From assembly GCA_963753725.1 (NCBI GenBank), contig CAVWDI010000036.1:67565-131564 (forward strand): DNA of 64,000 nt, in the 5' to 3' direction. Shown here piece after piece: positions 42,766-52,950 of the stretch. The notes below the pieces were generated by a model. That model was not told the DNA's origin. It saw only the letters and a program-made list of their open reading frames with translations, and ran no database searches. How positions within the stretch are numbered: position 1 is the first letter of the stretch; the number at the start of each line of letters is the position of its first letter. Source of the DNA: an uncultured Chloroflexia bacterium (GTDB lineage: Bacteria; Chloroflexota; Anaerolineae; Anaerolineales; UBA4823). The translations under genes and the position numbers were made by a program.

Positions 42766-43293
42766 TTGATGTATAAAAAAATGTTGCGTTACAGTGCGAT
42801 ATTTTTATTCTTTATGGCTCTCCTAATATCATGTAATTCAGTTAAAACAGAACCCACAGTCCCCAAGAAAATTAATATACCAATTCCATCTACTCAACCA
42901 ACACAGAATGAATTTTCGACTGGTGATTATCTTGAAAAGACCAAAGAAATTTTCATGGGAAGCTTCGTTCCATCATTAGGTGATCTAGGTAGGCAGTTAA
43001 AGCTTATTGAGGGCGATCCCACAATAATGTTTGATGAAAATTTCAAAGAACTAGTTTTCAGGGAACTGAATTACCTAAAATCAACAACGATTACCCTTAA
43101 ACAGTTACCAGCACCGTCAGAATACGAAAATTTATCTTCATTATTCGATGATCTCGACTCTGAAATCGATCAAATGGCTGAGGACTTACGCCAAGCAATA
43201 AATAATATTGATCCGGATAAGTTTGAACAAGTTTATTATCACGTAGATGCAATTGTAAGTCTCGCCGAAAAGATTGATGATTATTATAGATAA
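42766..43293 (+). CDS. Hypothetical lipoprotein
   Basis: MMYKKMLRYSAIFLFFMALLISCNS (signal plus Cys). Acidic helical remainder. Confidence 0.45.
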   Translation: MMYKKMLRYSAIFLFFMALLISCNSVKTEPTVPKKINIPIPSTQPTQNEFSTGDYLEKTKEIFMGSFVPSLGDLGRQLKLIEGDPTIMFDENFKELVFRELNYLKSTTITLKQLPAPSEYENLSSLFDDLDSEIDQMAEDLRQAINNIDPDKFEQVYYHVDAIVSLAEKIDDYYR

Positions 43294-43400
43294 ATTGATT
43301 TTTGCATTAAATAATCTCTAAAGCTACCATAAATTAGATTGTTTTAGTTGAGACATTTTATTATGATAGGTAGCTGATACATTTCTAATTGTTTGCCTTC

Positions 43401-43495
43401 TGTCTGGCCCCAAAACATGTAACAGTTACTATGTTAGACTAACTCGCTGAATTTGAGAAGGTTGAACCACGACAGTCGCTGGCTCTGGCGGCTCC
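43401..43495 (+). mobile_element. Solo right-end fragment of the IS3-family element
   Basis: tgtctggccccaaaacatgtaacagttactatgttagactaactcgctgaatttgagaaggttgaaccacgac parallels 49612-49690. Confidence 0.55.
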
Positions 43496-43578
43496 AGAGA
43501 GTTGTTATGCGCCCGCGAGTCTACCAAGAAGGGTCGTAGCCGATAGATCCTTTACGACGTGACCGATGCCTGGATTGT

Positions 43579-44715
43579 TTATTGAGTTGGGTAGAAAGTT
43601 TCGGGTGTAATGTTAAAGCTGGTGATGATGCGGTCGATCACATCACGGTAAGTATCGTTTGCGTATGCAAATCCCAGCATATAGCTCTTGCCCTCGTAAT
43701 ACATTTGCAGTTGCCTTTCTTCACCTTCCACTGTACTCGGCTGCGTAAAGATGTACTCAGTGCCCTGTATCCCGTTGTACATGACGTCGTATTGTCCTCT
43801 GATCAGGTTCGGAAAAGGTGGATTATTTGCTGAATCATCATCCATCACGTGCACCCGCATTAACACTCCGCTCTTGTAGTAGACGTTCTCGTGTGGTCCG
43901 CCTTCATATTTCGATTCGGCCTCAAGATCCGCTGATCTGGCTTCGAGGCCCGAAAGCTGGATATTAGCAGGACGATGGAAGTTGTACTCCCAGTCATCCG
44001 GAATCAAGATTTGATACAGCTGGTTAGGATCACTCACTAATATCATATGACTGTCATCACTCAGTCCACCTGAGAGCAGTTCAAGCGAATTGATAATCTG
44101 ATCTGCAGCCGCCTTATTCTCTGGCGTGGGTTGGGATACGTATATAGAGAGCACTGGTCCCTCCATATAAAAATGGTATACAAACCGGTTTCTTTCACCA
44201 GCCACCTGGGTGTCATACCCTCTTAATCCACCCACCTCGATGTAGTTGGCGTAGGCGTTCATCGGTGAGTTAATCTGGTTGTCCGAAAACTCCTCCCATG
44301 ATATTGGCGGCAGGTTGTATTGTAGGGTGCCATACATCTGGAAATCGCCTGAGCTCGGACCACCTGGATTGCCGTAATTTTGGATGTAAAACAAGTAGCT
44401 CTCCAGCTTGCTTTGGTCCTCATAATTCACGATCAGATCTTTTCTGACATAGAGATCCTGGGGGATTTCCAGGGCGATCCCTAGTTGTTCAAACATGTGC
44501 CGCTGGGTTGTATATGTTGACGATGGCTCTTCTAATGTCACGATAGGTTGAACGACCTCCACCGTTGGTTCCGTGGTGACGAGTTCAATATTCGGATCCT
44601 GCTGGTCAACAAGTTTATCCGTGCTTTCGACTTCCAGCTGTGGCGAGCCGCATGTCGTGACGAAGAGCGTCATAGAAATGATCAGTGCTGCGATTGAGAT
44701 GCGATTTTTCCTCAT
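43579..44715 (-). CDS. Hypothetical lipoprotein
   Basis: MRKNRISIAALIISMTLFVTTCGS (signal plus Cys). 378 aa, no recognised domain. Confidence 0.5.
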   Translation of the reverse strand: MRKNRISIAALIISMTLFVTTCGSPQLEVESTDKLVDQQDPNIELVTTEPTVEVVQPIVTLEEPSSTYTTQRHMFEQLGIALEIPQDLYVRKDLIVNYEDQSKLESYLFYIQNYGNPGGPSSGDFQMYGTLQYNLPPISWEEFSDNQINSPMNAYANYIEVGGLRGYDTQVAGERNRFVYHFYMEGPVLSIYVSQPTPENKAAADQIINSLELLSGGLSDDSHMILVSDPNQLYQILIPDDWEYNFHRPANIQLSGLEARSADLEAESKYEGGPHENVYYKSGVLMRVHVMDDDSANNPPFPNLIRGQYDVMYNGIQGTEYIFTQPSTVEGEERQLQMYYEGKSYMLGFAYANDTYRDVIDRIITSFNITPETFYPTQ

Positions 44716-45537
44716 AATTTCCTTCGCTTGAGCGCTGAAACGGGTTTATCCGCTTAAGCGCATTTTTTGATTGCGCAGAGTATCGCCCATTAATGCATCT
44801 ATGGTTTAATAACCGAGTGGTGCCTGTGTTTCACGAGCTTACCGTCAAGTGACACCAGGAAAAACTGTCGTAGGCGCATACCGGGTTGATAACCCGACAT
44901 TTTAATGCGCGAAATCCGCCAAATACATTGTATAAGAATCAAAATCGGTATAAGATTTGGATAATACCTCGCAGAAGAATTTTATCAACAATTATTCTGT
45001 GGATTATGTGAAATACTGGAGCTTATCTATTAATACTTCAAGATAATGGATTATATCAATACTACAAAATCACTTTTTCAACAGCCTGAAAGGTTGTGCG
45101 ACATGGACAATGATTCGACGTAAAAGAATTGTAGTTTTAGAACATAACAATTATTTATCATGAATTGATTTATCATGTTGGATAAAAACAAATGGATATA
45201 CGTTCTGCCATGTGGGATTATGTCCAATACGAACACCGTAGCAGATTTGGATATAAAAAACAAGATAGCATCACTAAAGTTTTTCTACGATTAGAAGAAA
45301 ATCGACTTTTGCAGTCGCTCCCATACCTTGGAATGTAGGCTTGACATTTGGGATAATTGCTACTATTTCTCCCTCTAAACTGTTCAAGAATTCCTCTAAT
45401 CTATCTTTTTCAGTATCCATTTTCAAATCAAATCTATGCACTTTGTATTTCATTTTGTCCTCTCAACTTATTATTCCATATTTCCTCAAATCAACCAAAA
45501 GAACAATGGTTAAAATATTGATAATGTCTCATAACGT

Positions 45538-46876
45538 GGTGTAAAAAGGATTGACAAAAAAGGTCATCCTGTGCTTCCATAAGTTTTTCGACAAAATACA
45601 AAAAGGAGCACAAAGATGACCGACCCAACTATAGCACTTAAGGAATACCTTATCAATATAGGACTTGAAGAAGACGCAGATTTTCTGCAGCAGGGTGTGC
45701 AACTGCTCAGTCAAATGCTGATGGAAGTTGAAGTGGAACAGCAAATCGGAGCTGGGAAACATGAACGCAATCCTGAGCGGAAGAATTACCGCAACGGCCA
45801 TCGCCAACGGACCTGGAAAACTCGGGTAGGCGAGATCGACCTGGCGATCCCCAAACTGCGCAAAGGCAGTTACTTTCCCAGTTTGCTGCAACCACGCAGG
45901 CCAGCGGAGAAGGCGCTTCTGGCGGTTGTTCAAGAAGCCTATCTGAAAGGAGTGAGCACCAGAAAAGTTGACGCCTTGCTGAAAGCTCTTGGATTGACAG
46001 GCATCGATAAGAGCGAAGTATCCAGGATCAATAAAGAATTGAGCCATGTAGTGGATGAATTTCGCAATCGACCGTTGCAAGCGAGTTATCCATACATTTG
46101 GCTGGATGCCACGTATTTCAAGGTCAGGCAGAACCATCGCGTGGTCAGCATGGCATTTGTGATTGGTGTTGGTGTGGACGAGACAGGTGAACGACATCTG
46201 CTGGGATTTGACCTTGGTGCTAGCGAAGAAAAAGCATTTTGGTTGGCGTTTTTGCGTTCGTTGGTCAAAAGAGGCCTGAAAAACGTGCAATTGATCATTA
46301 GCGATGCACACGAAGGTTTGAAGGAGGCTTTGAGCCAGGTGTTCACAGGAGCCAGTTGGCAGCGATGCCGAGTGCATTTCATGAGAAATATACTGGCGCT
46401 TATCCCGAAAAAGGATAAATGTGCAGTGGCAGATGCGGTACGCATGATCTTTGATCAGCCCGATCGTTTTACTGCTGGCGTTCAGCTTCACAAACTGGCC
46501 CAAAGTCTGCAGAACTATTACCCAAAGGCAGCCCAATTGCTGATCGAGGCTGAAGAAGATATCCTGGCATACAAGATGTTTCCAAGAGAGCATTGGCGCA
46601 GGATCCATTCCATCAATCCTTTGGAGCGTATGCATAAGGAGGTAAAACGAAGAACAAATGTTGTTGGCGTTTTCCCGGATCAAGGCTCTGTTTTTCGATT
46701 AGCTGGAATGCTCCTAATAGAGATCGATGATGATTGGCGAGTAGGACGCCGGTACTTTCAAGAAGATAGCATGCAGTTATTGAAAGATTGGAAAAACATT
46801 CCTGAAAAGGTGAAAACATCATTTCTTGTAAATGTTGCTGCTGATTTATCATTGGAAGCGCAATAGAATTTACACC
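45538..46876 (+). mobile_element. IS256-family insertion sequence (boundaries tentative)
   Basis: ggtgtaaa at 45538 faces tttacacc ending at 46876 as short terminal inverted repeats. It encloses an intact transposase gene. No target duplication was recognised. Confidence 0.6.
45616..46866 (+). CDS. IS256-family (Transposase_mut) transposase
   Basis: 416 aa. Blocks YRNGHRQRTWKTRVGEIDLAIPKLRKGSYFPSLL, YIWLDATYFKVR, LIISDAHEGLKEAL, WQRCRVHFMRN. Confidence 0.9.
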   Translation: MTDPTIALKEYLINIGLEEDADFLQQGVQLLSQMLMEVEVEQQIGAGKHERNPERKNYRNGHRQRTWKTRVGEIDLAIPKLRKGSYFPSLLQPRRPAEKALLAVVQEAYLKGVSTRKVDALLKALGLTGIDKSEVSRINKELSHVVDEFRNRPLQASYPYIWLDATYFKVRQNHRVVSMAFVIGVGVDETGERHLLGFDLGASEEKAFWLAFLRSLVKRGLKNVQLIISDAHEGLKEALSQVFTGASWQRCRVHFMRNILALIPKKDKCAVADAVRMIFDQPDRFTAGVQLHKLAQSLQNYYPKAAQLLIEAEEDILAYKMFPREHWRRIHSINPLERMHKEVKRRTNVVGVFPDQGSVFRLAGMLLIEIDDDWRVGRRYFQEDSMQLLKDWKNIPEKVKTSFLVNVAADLSLEAQ

Positions 46877-47372
46877 ATTGACAGAGACACTAACAAAATA
46901 TTCCATGTAATATATACCTCTTCGATTTATTTTACATTTATTATTTTTTTTTGCATATGTGTTCCTCAATAGAATTTAGACCTCCAACTTTATAACGATA
47001 AAATCACCCCGTCCGGTGGACAAGTGGTTATAAATGATGTGGGACAATATCAAAAGTGAACATAGGAGGTCTATACAAATAAATGGCTAATCCCTGATGG
47101 TGGAGCCTAGGGGGTACCAGTAGGGCACCGCCTGGACAGTAGGGGGGCGAGGTGAAGGGCTGTAGATTTTAGGGAATAGTGTAGACGGTCACCGTTCCCA
47201 CATGTCTACGGTTACTAATTTCTAAAATGCAAAACAACCGCCTTTTTAGCGGTTTTAGCCACCCATTGACTCCCAGCATGGGTGTCCGTACTAGCGGATC
47301 TCTGTACTAGTGGACCCCAAAAACTGGACAGATAGCTAAAGAGAGAATTAGACTCTCGGAAAGGGATCCACA

Positions 47373-47681
47373 ATGAAAAAACGACGCACATTCACACCCG
47401 AATTCAAAGCCCAAGTGGTGCTCGATATGATCACTACTCCAAAAAGTGCAGCCCAAGCCAGTCGAGAATATGGCATCAAAGATTTTGTCCTCTCACGTTG
47501 GAAACAAGAATTTATCGAGCGTTCTCCAATGTTGTTTGATCAAAGTCCAGTCAATGATGATAGGGATCAACGCATCGCCGAGTTGGAACGCATGGTGGGG
47601 CGCATGACTATGGAGCTGGAAATGGCAAAAAAAGTGTCCAATTTCTTGAACTCGAGCGGCAAGAAAAGCGTGAATTGGTAA
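47373..47681 (+). CDS. IS3-family transposase OrfA (HTH)
   Basis: MKKRRTFTPEFKAQVVLDMI...SRWKQEF is a typical IS3 OrfA with a leucine-zipper-like C-terminus. Confidence 0.85.
   Translation: MKKRRTFTPEFKAQVVLDMITTPKSAAQASREYGIKDFVLSRWKQEFIERSPMLFDQSPVNDDRDQRIAELERMVGRMTMELEMAKKVSNFLNSSGKKSVNW
47627..47633 (+). promoter_or_regulatory. Programmed -1 ribosomal frameshift slippery run (A7) joining orfA to orfB
   Basis: gcA AAA AAA gtg in the orfA frame. The -1 frame then reads KKSVQFLELERQEKRELVSMLSDQEGYPV with no stop into orfB. Confidence 0.65.
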
Positions 47682-48532
47682 GCATGTTGAGTGACCAAGA
47701 AGGCTATCCCGTGGTTGCAGCATGTGAACTGCTGAAATTACAGCGCAGTACGTTCTATTATCAATCCGAAAATGTCGACGAAAGTGAGTTGGAAGCTGCG
47801 ATTGAAGACATTGCAGGAAAATTCCCGACCTATGGGACTCGGCGAGTGACACAAGAACTAAGGCGGTATCCATACGAACTGCCGGTTAATCGTAAGAGAG
47901 TACGGCGAATAATGGCTAAAAAGAAGTTGCTGCGGCCTGTAAAACGACGAAAGCGACATACTACAGATAGCGACCACCCCTATCCTCGCTATCCAAACCT
48001 GGTTAAAGATCTGGAAATCTCTCGGCCGGACCAGGTTTGGGTCAGCGACATAACATACATCCGTCTGCAGTATACGCACGTGTACCTGGCTGTCATAATG
48101 GATGTATTCACACGGGCGATCCGTGGTTGGTGCTTGAGCCGTACGCTCGACCAGGAGTTAACATTGACAGCTTTACGACCAGCTCTGGATACGCACATTC
48201 CCGAAATCCATCACAGCGACCAGGGCATCCAATATGCCGCTTATGCCTACACCGATTTGTTGCAGGCACATGGCATCCAGATAAGCATGGCCGCTGCCGG
48301 GAAAGCCGAAGAAAACGGTTATGCGGAACGCTTGATCCGCACCATTAAAGAAGAGGAGGTGTACCTTTCTGAATATCGTGATTTTTCCGATGCACGCACT
48401 CAGATTGGATGCTTTGTAGAGGATGTTTATATGACTAAACGCATCCATTCATCACTGGGGTACTTAACACCGGTTGAGTATGAGATTGCCTGGTGGCAGT
48501 CAAACGTACAATCGGTTATGGAATCCCCCTAA
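47675..48532 (+). CDS. IS3-family transposase OrfB (rve integrase core)
   Basis: VWVSDITYIRL...IHHSDQGIQYAA...AEENGYAERLIRTIKEEEV...HSSLGYLTPVEYE gives the DDE triad context. Confidence 0.85.
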   Translation: MVSMLSDQEGYPVVAACELLKLQRSTFYYQSENVDESELEAAIEDIAGKFPTYGTRRVTQELRRYPYELPVNRKRVRRIMAKKKLLRPVKRRKRHTTDSDHPYPRYPNLVKDLEISRPDQVWVSDITYIRLQYTHVYLAVIMDVFTRAIRGWCLSRTLDQELTLTALRPALDTHIPEIHHSDQGIQYAAYAYTDLLQAHGIQISMAAAGKAEENGYAERLIRTIKEEEVYLSEYRDFSDARTQIGCFVEDVYMTKRIHSSLGYLTPVEYEIAWWQSNVQSVMESP

Positions 48533-49249
48533 GAAACGCTTAAATCAGTGTCCAATTTAATGGGACCACTACACTGTAAACTCTCTAGGAGTTAGGGCGA
48601 GTCAATATAGTAGAGGTCATGGACTTTCTATCAAGGGTATCCAATGATAGGTTGAATTTTCGAGCACTCCCGAGCCAAAGTGGATCAAGCCTGTTTATTG
48701 GACGGCGATTTGGACACATAAGTAATAAAAAAGTTGTAATAATTTCTAAATGTAAATTCTTATTAAGTAGATAAAAATTATGAAGATCAAATTTCCTGGT
48801 TATTACCAACCAACTGAAAAAGAATTTAATTTATAATGGGATTTGTGTTCTTGTCAATGTTATTCGCAGACGGACATTTTCATTCACCTGGTTGGAAATG
48901 GTTAAGCCAGCTAGTAATTAGCGGAATAGTATTGGCCGCCATTCTGAGAGTTGTATAGCCAGGCCCCATGCATTATTTGAGCGATGCTGAAAACCTGATT
49001 GAGCATCCTCTGGGCTTCAATCTCCAAATGCCACCCATATTAGATTCCATCGTATTACAGGGAGGCGATACCAAAATGATCACCTCCTTTCCAAAAAAGA
49101 ACTCCCATGACGGAGAGTTCGCTTACGAAAATCATAGTTTTACAGTTTTCATGAGCTGTAAAAGGGTAGTAATTATTTGACTATATATGTGTATAAGTTT
49201 ACATTTTAATTCTACCGATCAGGGGTTTCTACCCAAATTAGCACATTAA

Positions 49250-49611
49250 ATGGGAGCGAAAATGAACACGTATGTTCAGAGTTTTGAAAGGGTTAATTGG
49301 AATGAAATAATAAGAATGTATCGAGTACCTGATTTCCCAAAGGCGGTTGGTCAGATATTATCATCAGTAGTTCCATATATTGGGATGATGATTTTGATGT
49401 ATTTCACTTTAGAAATTTCTTATTGGTGGACGTTGCTACTGGCTGTTCCCACAGCAGGATTTGCTGTAAGGACATTTATCATTTTCCATGATTGCGGCCA
49501 TCAGAGCTTTTTTGGTTCTAAGAATAAAAAAGTCAATGATATTCTTGGGGTGATAACAGGGCTATTGACATTTACGCCATATCATTTTTGGAGACGTGCT
49601 CATGCCAAACA
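49250..49611 (+). pseudogene. Fatty-acid desaturase N-terminal fragment, cut by the IS3-family element
   Basis: First His box HDCGHQSF and the start of the second (WRRAHAKH|), at which point the IS end tgacctgccccc begins (49612). Confidence 0.65.
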
Positions 49612-49637
49612 TGACCTGCCCCCAAAATATGTACCAG

Positions 49638-50504
49638 TCACAATGTTAGACTAACTTGATTTATTTGAGAAGGTTGAATCACAACAGCAGCTGGAGCTGG
49701 TGGTTTGTAACCCAGTGAACTGTGTGGCCTGACCATATTGTAATGATTTCTCCACATTTCAATTAGAATTTGGGCCTCCTTTAGCGAATAAAATATTTCT
49801 CTGTCTAAAAGCTCATCTCTCATCTTGCCATTGAAGGATTCGATGTAGCCATTCTCCCACGGACTGCCAGGTTCGATAAATAGAGGTCTGACCGACAACC
49901 TGGATAAGAACTTTCGCACTTTCTTGGCAATAAACTCCGAGCCATTATCTGAACGGATATGCACCGGTACTCCTCGTTCAAGAAACAAATCCAATAGCAC
50001 ATCCAGAACATCCTTGTGAGTAAATCTTCGAGCCACTTTGACGATCAAACACTCCCGAGAGTATTCATCGATTACATTCAGAATACGGAAAGGAACCCCA
50101 TTGTGAGTTCGGTGCTGCATGAAATCATAGCTCCAGACATGCTTGGGGAACTCAGGTCTCAGTCTCACGATCGAACCATCATTGAGCCATAATCGACCCC
50201 GTTTAGGCTGTTTTTGGGGTACTTTCAGCCCTTCCTGGCGCCAGATCCGCTCTACTCGCTTGTGATTGACTACCCAACCTTGATTTCGTAACATGGCTGT
50301 CACTCTGCGATATCCATATCTGCCATACTCACTCGCCAGCTGCAGGACTTGTTCTCGCAGTATATGTTCATCATCTGGAACCCTTTTGTCATATCTTTGG
50401 GTTGATCTTGGTTGTCCGATTACCCGGCAGGCTCGTCGCTCCGAAACTTCCAGCACTTCCTTCACTTGCTTTACCGCTTCTCGCCGCCTGTCCGGGCTGA
50501 TCAC
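49638..50504 (-). CDS. IS3-family transposase OrfB (rve integrase core)
   Basis: HVWSYDFM...IRSDNGSEFIAKKV...PGSPWENGYIESFNGKMRDELL...RPHSSLGYKPPAP. Confidence 0.85.
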   Translation of the reverse strand: MISPDRRREAVKQVKEVLEVSERRACRVIGQPRSTQRYDKRVPDDEHILREQVLQLASEYGRYGYRRVTAMLRNQGWVVNHKRVERIWRQEGLKVPQKQPKRGRLWLNDGSIVRLRPEFPKHVWSYDFMQHRTHNGVPFRILNVIDEYSRECLIVKVARRFTHKDVLDVLLDLFLERGVPVHIRSDNGSEFIAKKVRKFLSRLSVRPLFIEPGSPWENGYIESFNGKMRDELLDREIFYSLKEAQILIEMWRNHYNMVRPHSSLGYKPPAPAAVVIQPSQINQVSLTL

Positions 50505-50776
50505 TTTTTTGAGAGCACCTCCTTCAAGATCGCATTATCCAGGGATAAGTCTGCCACCAGTGTCTTCAACTGCAGGTTCTCTTTTTCAAGTTGTTTCAAT
50601 TTCCTGGCTTGGGTGGTATCCAATCCCCCATATTCTTTACGCCAGCGGTAGTAGGTCTGCTCGCTGATTTCTAATTGACGGGCGGCCTCAACCACAGTCA
50701 TGCCCTGGCTTAATAGTACTTCGGCTTCACGAAGTTTGGTAATAATTTGTTCAGATGAAAACTGTTTCCTTGGCAT
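50501..50776 (-). CDS. IS3-family transposase OrfA
   Basis: MPRKQFSSEQIITKLREAEVLLSQGMTVVEAARQLEISEQTYYRWRKEYGG... (HTH). Confidence 0.85.
   Translation of the reverse strand: MPRKQFSSEQIITKLREAEVLLSQGMTVVEAARQLEISEQTYYRWRKEYGGLDTTQARKLKQLEKENLQLKTLVADLSLDNAILKEVLSKK
50504..50510 (-). promoter_or_regulatory. Canonical A AAA AAG -1 frameshift heptamer at the orfA/orfB junction
   Basis: The minus strand reads ctc tcA AAA AAG tga. The -1 frame continues KKVISPDRRREAVKQV (OrfB). Confidence 0.7.
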
Positions 50777-51401
50777 TCTGCCTGCCTCCTTTTTGCCTTA
50801 ATCCTAACTTATCTTTTGGATCAGTTTTGGGGGGGCAGGTCAAAAACCATCAAACCTATTTTGAATATTCCAAGCGTGCAATTTCCACAATACTGTAAGC
50901 CTCTGGTGTTGTTGAAATCCGTGCCAACCGCGGTCTGCTGGGTTCACCCCGGGTGGGTCTGATTACTGATTGGTAGTCTCTTCCTGACTGGGCAAAATTT
51001 GCCGAGAGCTCTGAGTATCCGAAACTCGAGTATGAGCTGCTCAAGTCCACCACGAAAATCAACATCGATATCTGGGGACCCTCGCCATTTATACCATAGC
51101 CTCTCTGCCCTGAGAAATAAATTGATGCTCGAGTAGCCAGGGAGTTTACAATCTGGTAGGCACAATTAGCGCACCTTCCCGCTATTGATTTTATTAGATT
51201 GCTTGACTGTGCTGAACCTGGCAATCTTTCTTTGAAAGCACAAGCTTTTTTAAAGAAGAACAAGAATTACTATGGTAAAAAATAATTTCTATTGACCAAA
51301 TTATTGTCCCTCCTGTGAAAAAATTCAGATAAAAACCAATCCTCAGGCACCCTCAATGCTATTTAACTTTTTCCCTGGACGGGTGGCGTGAAGAACATTT
51401 T

Positions 51402-51908
51402 CTATTTCTTTTCATGCGATCGTTTGACCACCCACAGGGTAATGTCATCGTATTGAGGTATTTCGCCTGTAAAGGTGTCGACATCCACGAGAATTCCTGC
51501 CAGAATTTCCTGCGATTCCTTACCATTTAGCTTTGATATAGAACCCCACAAGTTTTTTTCTCCAAAAGGAACACGATGGTGGTTCTCGGCGTCCGTAATT
51601 CCATCAGTGTACATAACTAAAAAATCATCCGGTCCTAATACCTCAGTCCGCTGCTTCCATATTTCCTTTTTATAAATCCCCAACGGTATCCCTGTTCGCT
51701 TCAATTCCTGAAGTGGCCTACCATTTATCTTTCTCACCAATAGCGGAGGGCAGTGACCGGCATTGCAGTATGCCAACTCACCGCTTTTCAGATTGAGTAT
51801 CCCGTAAAATATGGTTATAAATTGGGAGGCGGTTGTGTAATCCAGTATGCGCTGGTTGACAATATTCAATACTTGCTCAGGCTGGGATGGATATTCTGTC
51901 ACATAAGA
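51402..51908 (-). pseudogene. PP2C/SpoIIE-type serine phosphatase, C-terminal half only
   Basis: FITIFYGILNLKSGELAYCNAGHCPPLL...LVMYTDGITDAEN...DDITLWVVKR are the C-terminal PP2C motifs. The N-terminal half is replaced by the IS5/IS1182 fragment at about 51909. Confidence 0.65.
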
Positions 51909-52601
51909 AATATTTCCTTTGCTCTTTCGCATGACCATGCTCGTCTTTGACTTTCTGTGTATGTTTCACCCCCCATTGAGCATCTGGATCGCGTGGACCT
52001 TTGCCCTTATTTTTTCTGTTTTCATCCTTAGATGTGTTCACGTTGGCTATACTATGCACACTGTCCACAATCTGGATCGAGCCAAATTGAACGCCACTTT
52101 CCAGCGCTATCTGGATGATCTCAGTAAGCAATTCCTCAAACGCTTCCAACTTGCCCCTCTCTATCAACCGCTTCCTGAACTTGGTCAACGTAGAATGATC
52201 CGGCGCTTTCTGATCTACAGCCAGCCCAACAAAATACTTGGCTGACAAATTGTCATTCACATAGGTCTCTACCTGGCGCTCGGAAAGGTTGTATAGATAG
52301 GCTATCATCTCCATTTTTAGCATCAGGGCAGGATCGAAAGGCGGTCGCCCGTACCTCCCGCCACCTTTGTATAGCCCGATTAGCCTCTTCGTAAATCGTT
52401 CCCAAGGGATGATTTCTTTCAGTTTACGCAGAAAGTGCTCTTGGGGCACTATTTGATCGTATATGTAATCTCCAAAGAATGAATTCTTGCCTGTCTCTAC
52501 AAATCGCTCTTTTCCCATTTCATGCTCCAATTACGGTGTTTGCATGATTATATTAAAGAACGATTCTGAGGTCAATTTTGAATTTGTTTTTCAACACTCT
52601 C
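51909..52601 (-). mobile_element. IS5/IS1182-family element, 5' half only (copy 1)
   Basis: The end gagagtgttgaaaaacaaatt (reverse complement of 52581-52601) and the transposase N-terminus are nearly identical to copy 2 at 59763. Similarity stops after ...AKEQRKYF. Confidence 0.8.
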
Positions 52602-52610
52602 ATACTCAAG

Positions 52611-52668
52611 TAGGGCGGGTGGGAATCAAACCCACAAAGTATCTCTACCGGCGGATTCTAAATCCCCC
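52611..52668 (-). other. tRNA-Leu(UAG)-like 3' fragment (pseudo-tRNA) abutting the IS end
   Basis: The minus strand reads gggga-TTTAGAA-tccgc (anticodon-arm-like, UAG), then a long variable region, the T arm gtggg-TTTGATT-cccac, and the acceptor strand ccgccct-a. The T loop is non-canonical and there is no 5' half. Confidence 0.4.
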
Positions 52669-52802
52669 AATTCCTAAAATGATCGAATACTCAAACCTGC
52701 TTCCTCTGAAGGATGTCAGTTATTACAGAATATTCATGAGGGCTACCTGAGCAACAGCTTTTTGGTATGTTACTTGCTTCCTGTTAAACTAGCCCCTCAT
52801 GC

Positions 52803-52950
52803 GCGGTCATGCCATGGCTCAAAAGCACTTTGGCTTCACGAAGCTTGGTAATAATTTAATCAGATGAAATCTATTTCCTTTGTATCGTGCTTGCCTCCTT
52901 TTTGTTCTAGTCCGAACTTATCTTATGGATCAGTTTTTGGGGGCAGGTCG
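52803..52950 (-). mobile_element. Solo left-end fragment of the 49.6-kb IS3-family element
   Basis: It parallels 50695-50842, including degraded orfA N-terminal codons and the terminus tttttgggggcaggtcg. Confidence 0.55.

Larger units (their letters stand above)
47303..48573 (+). mobile_element. IS3-family insertion sequence (distinct from the 49.6-kb one)
   Basis: IRL tgtactagtggaccccaaaaactggaca (47303-) versus the reverse complement of the right end, tgtagtggtcccattaaattggaca (ending 48573). TG...CA termini. orfA and orfB sit in a 0/-1 frame arrangement. Confidence 0.8.
49612..50842 (-). mobile_element. IS3-family insertion sequence (parent of the MITEs and solo ends in this window)
   Basis: Termini tgacctgcccccaaaa (49612-) and ttttgggggggcaggtca (ending 50842). 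orfA and orfB lie on the minus strand. Confidence 0.85.

Noticed and set aside
45529-46683. A 384-aa ORF on the minus strand
   Set aside because: It is the antisense shadow of the IS256 transposase gene, whose plus-strand product has all family motifs. The minus-strand product has no recognisable features and an odd Cys/His/Phe-rich composition.
50856-51263. A 135-aa minus-strand ORF between the IS3 element and the PP2C fragment
   Set aside because: It has no motifs, no RBS and an odd composition. The region looks like degraded intergenic or relic DNA.
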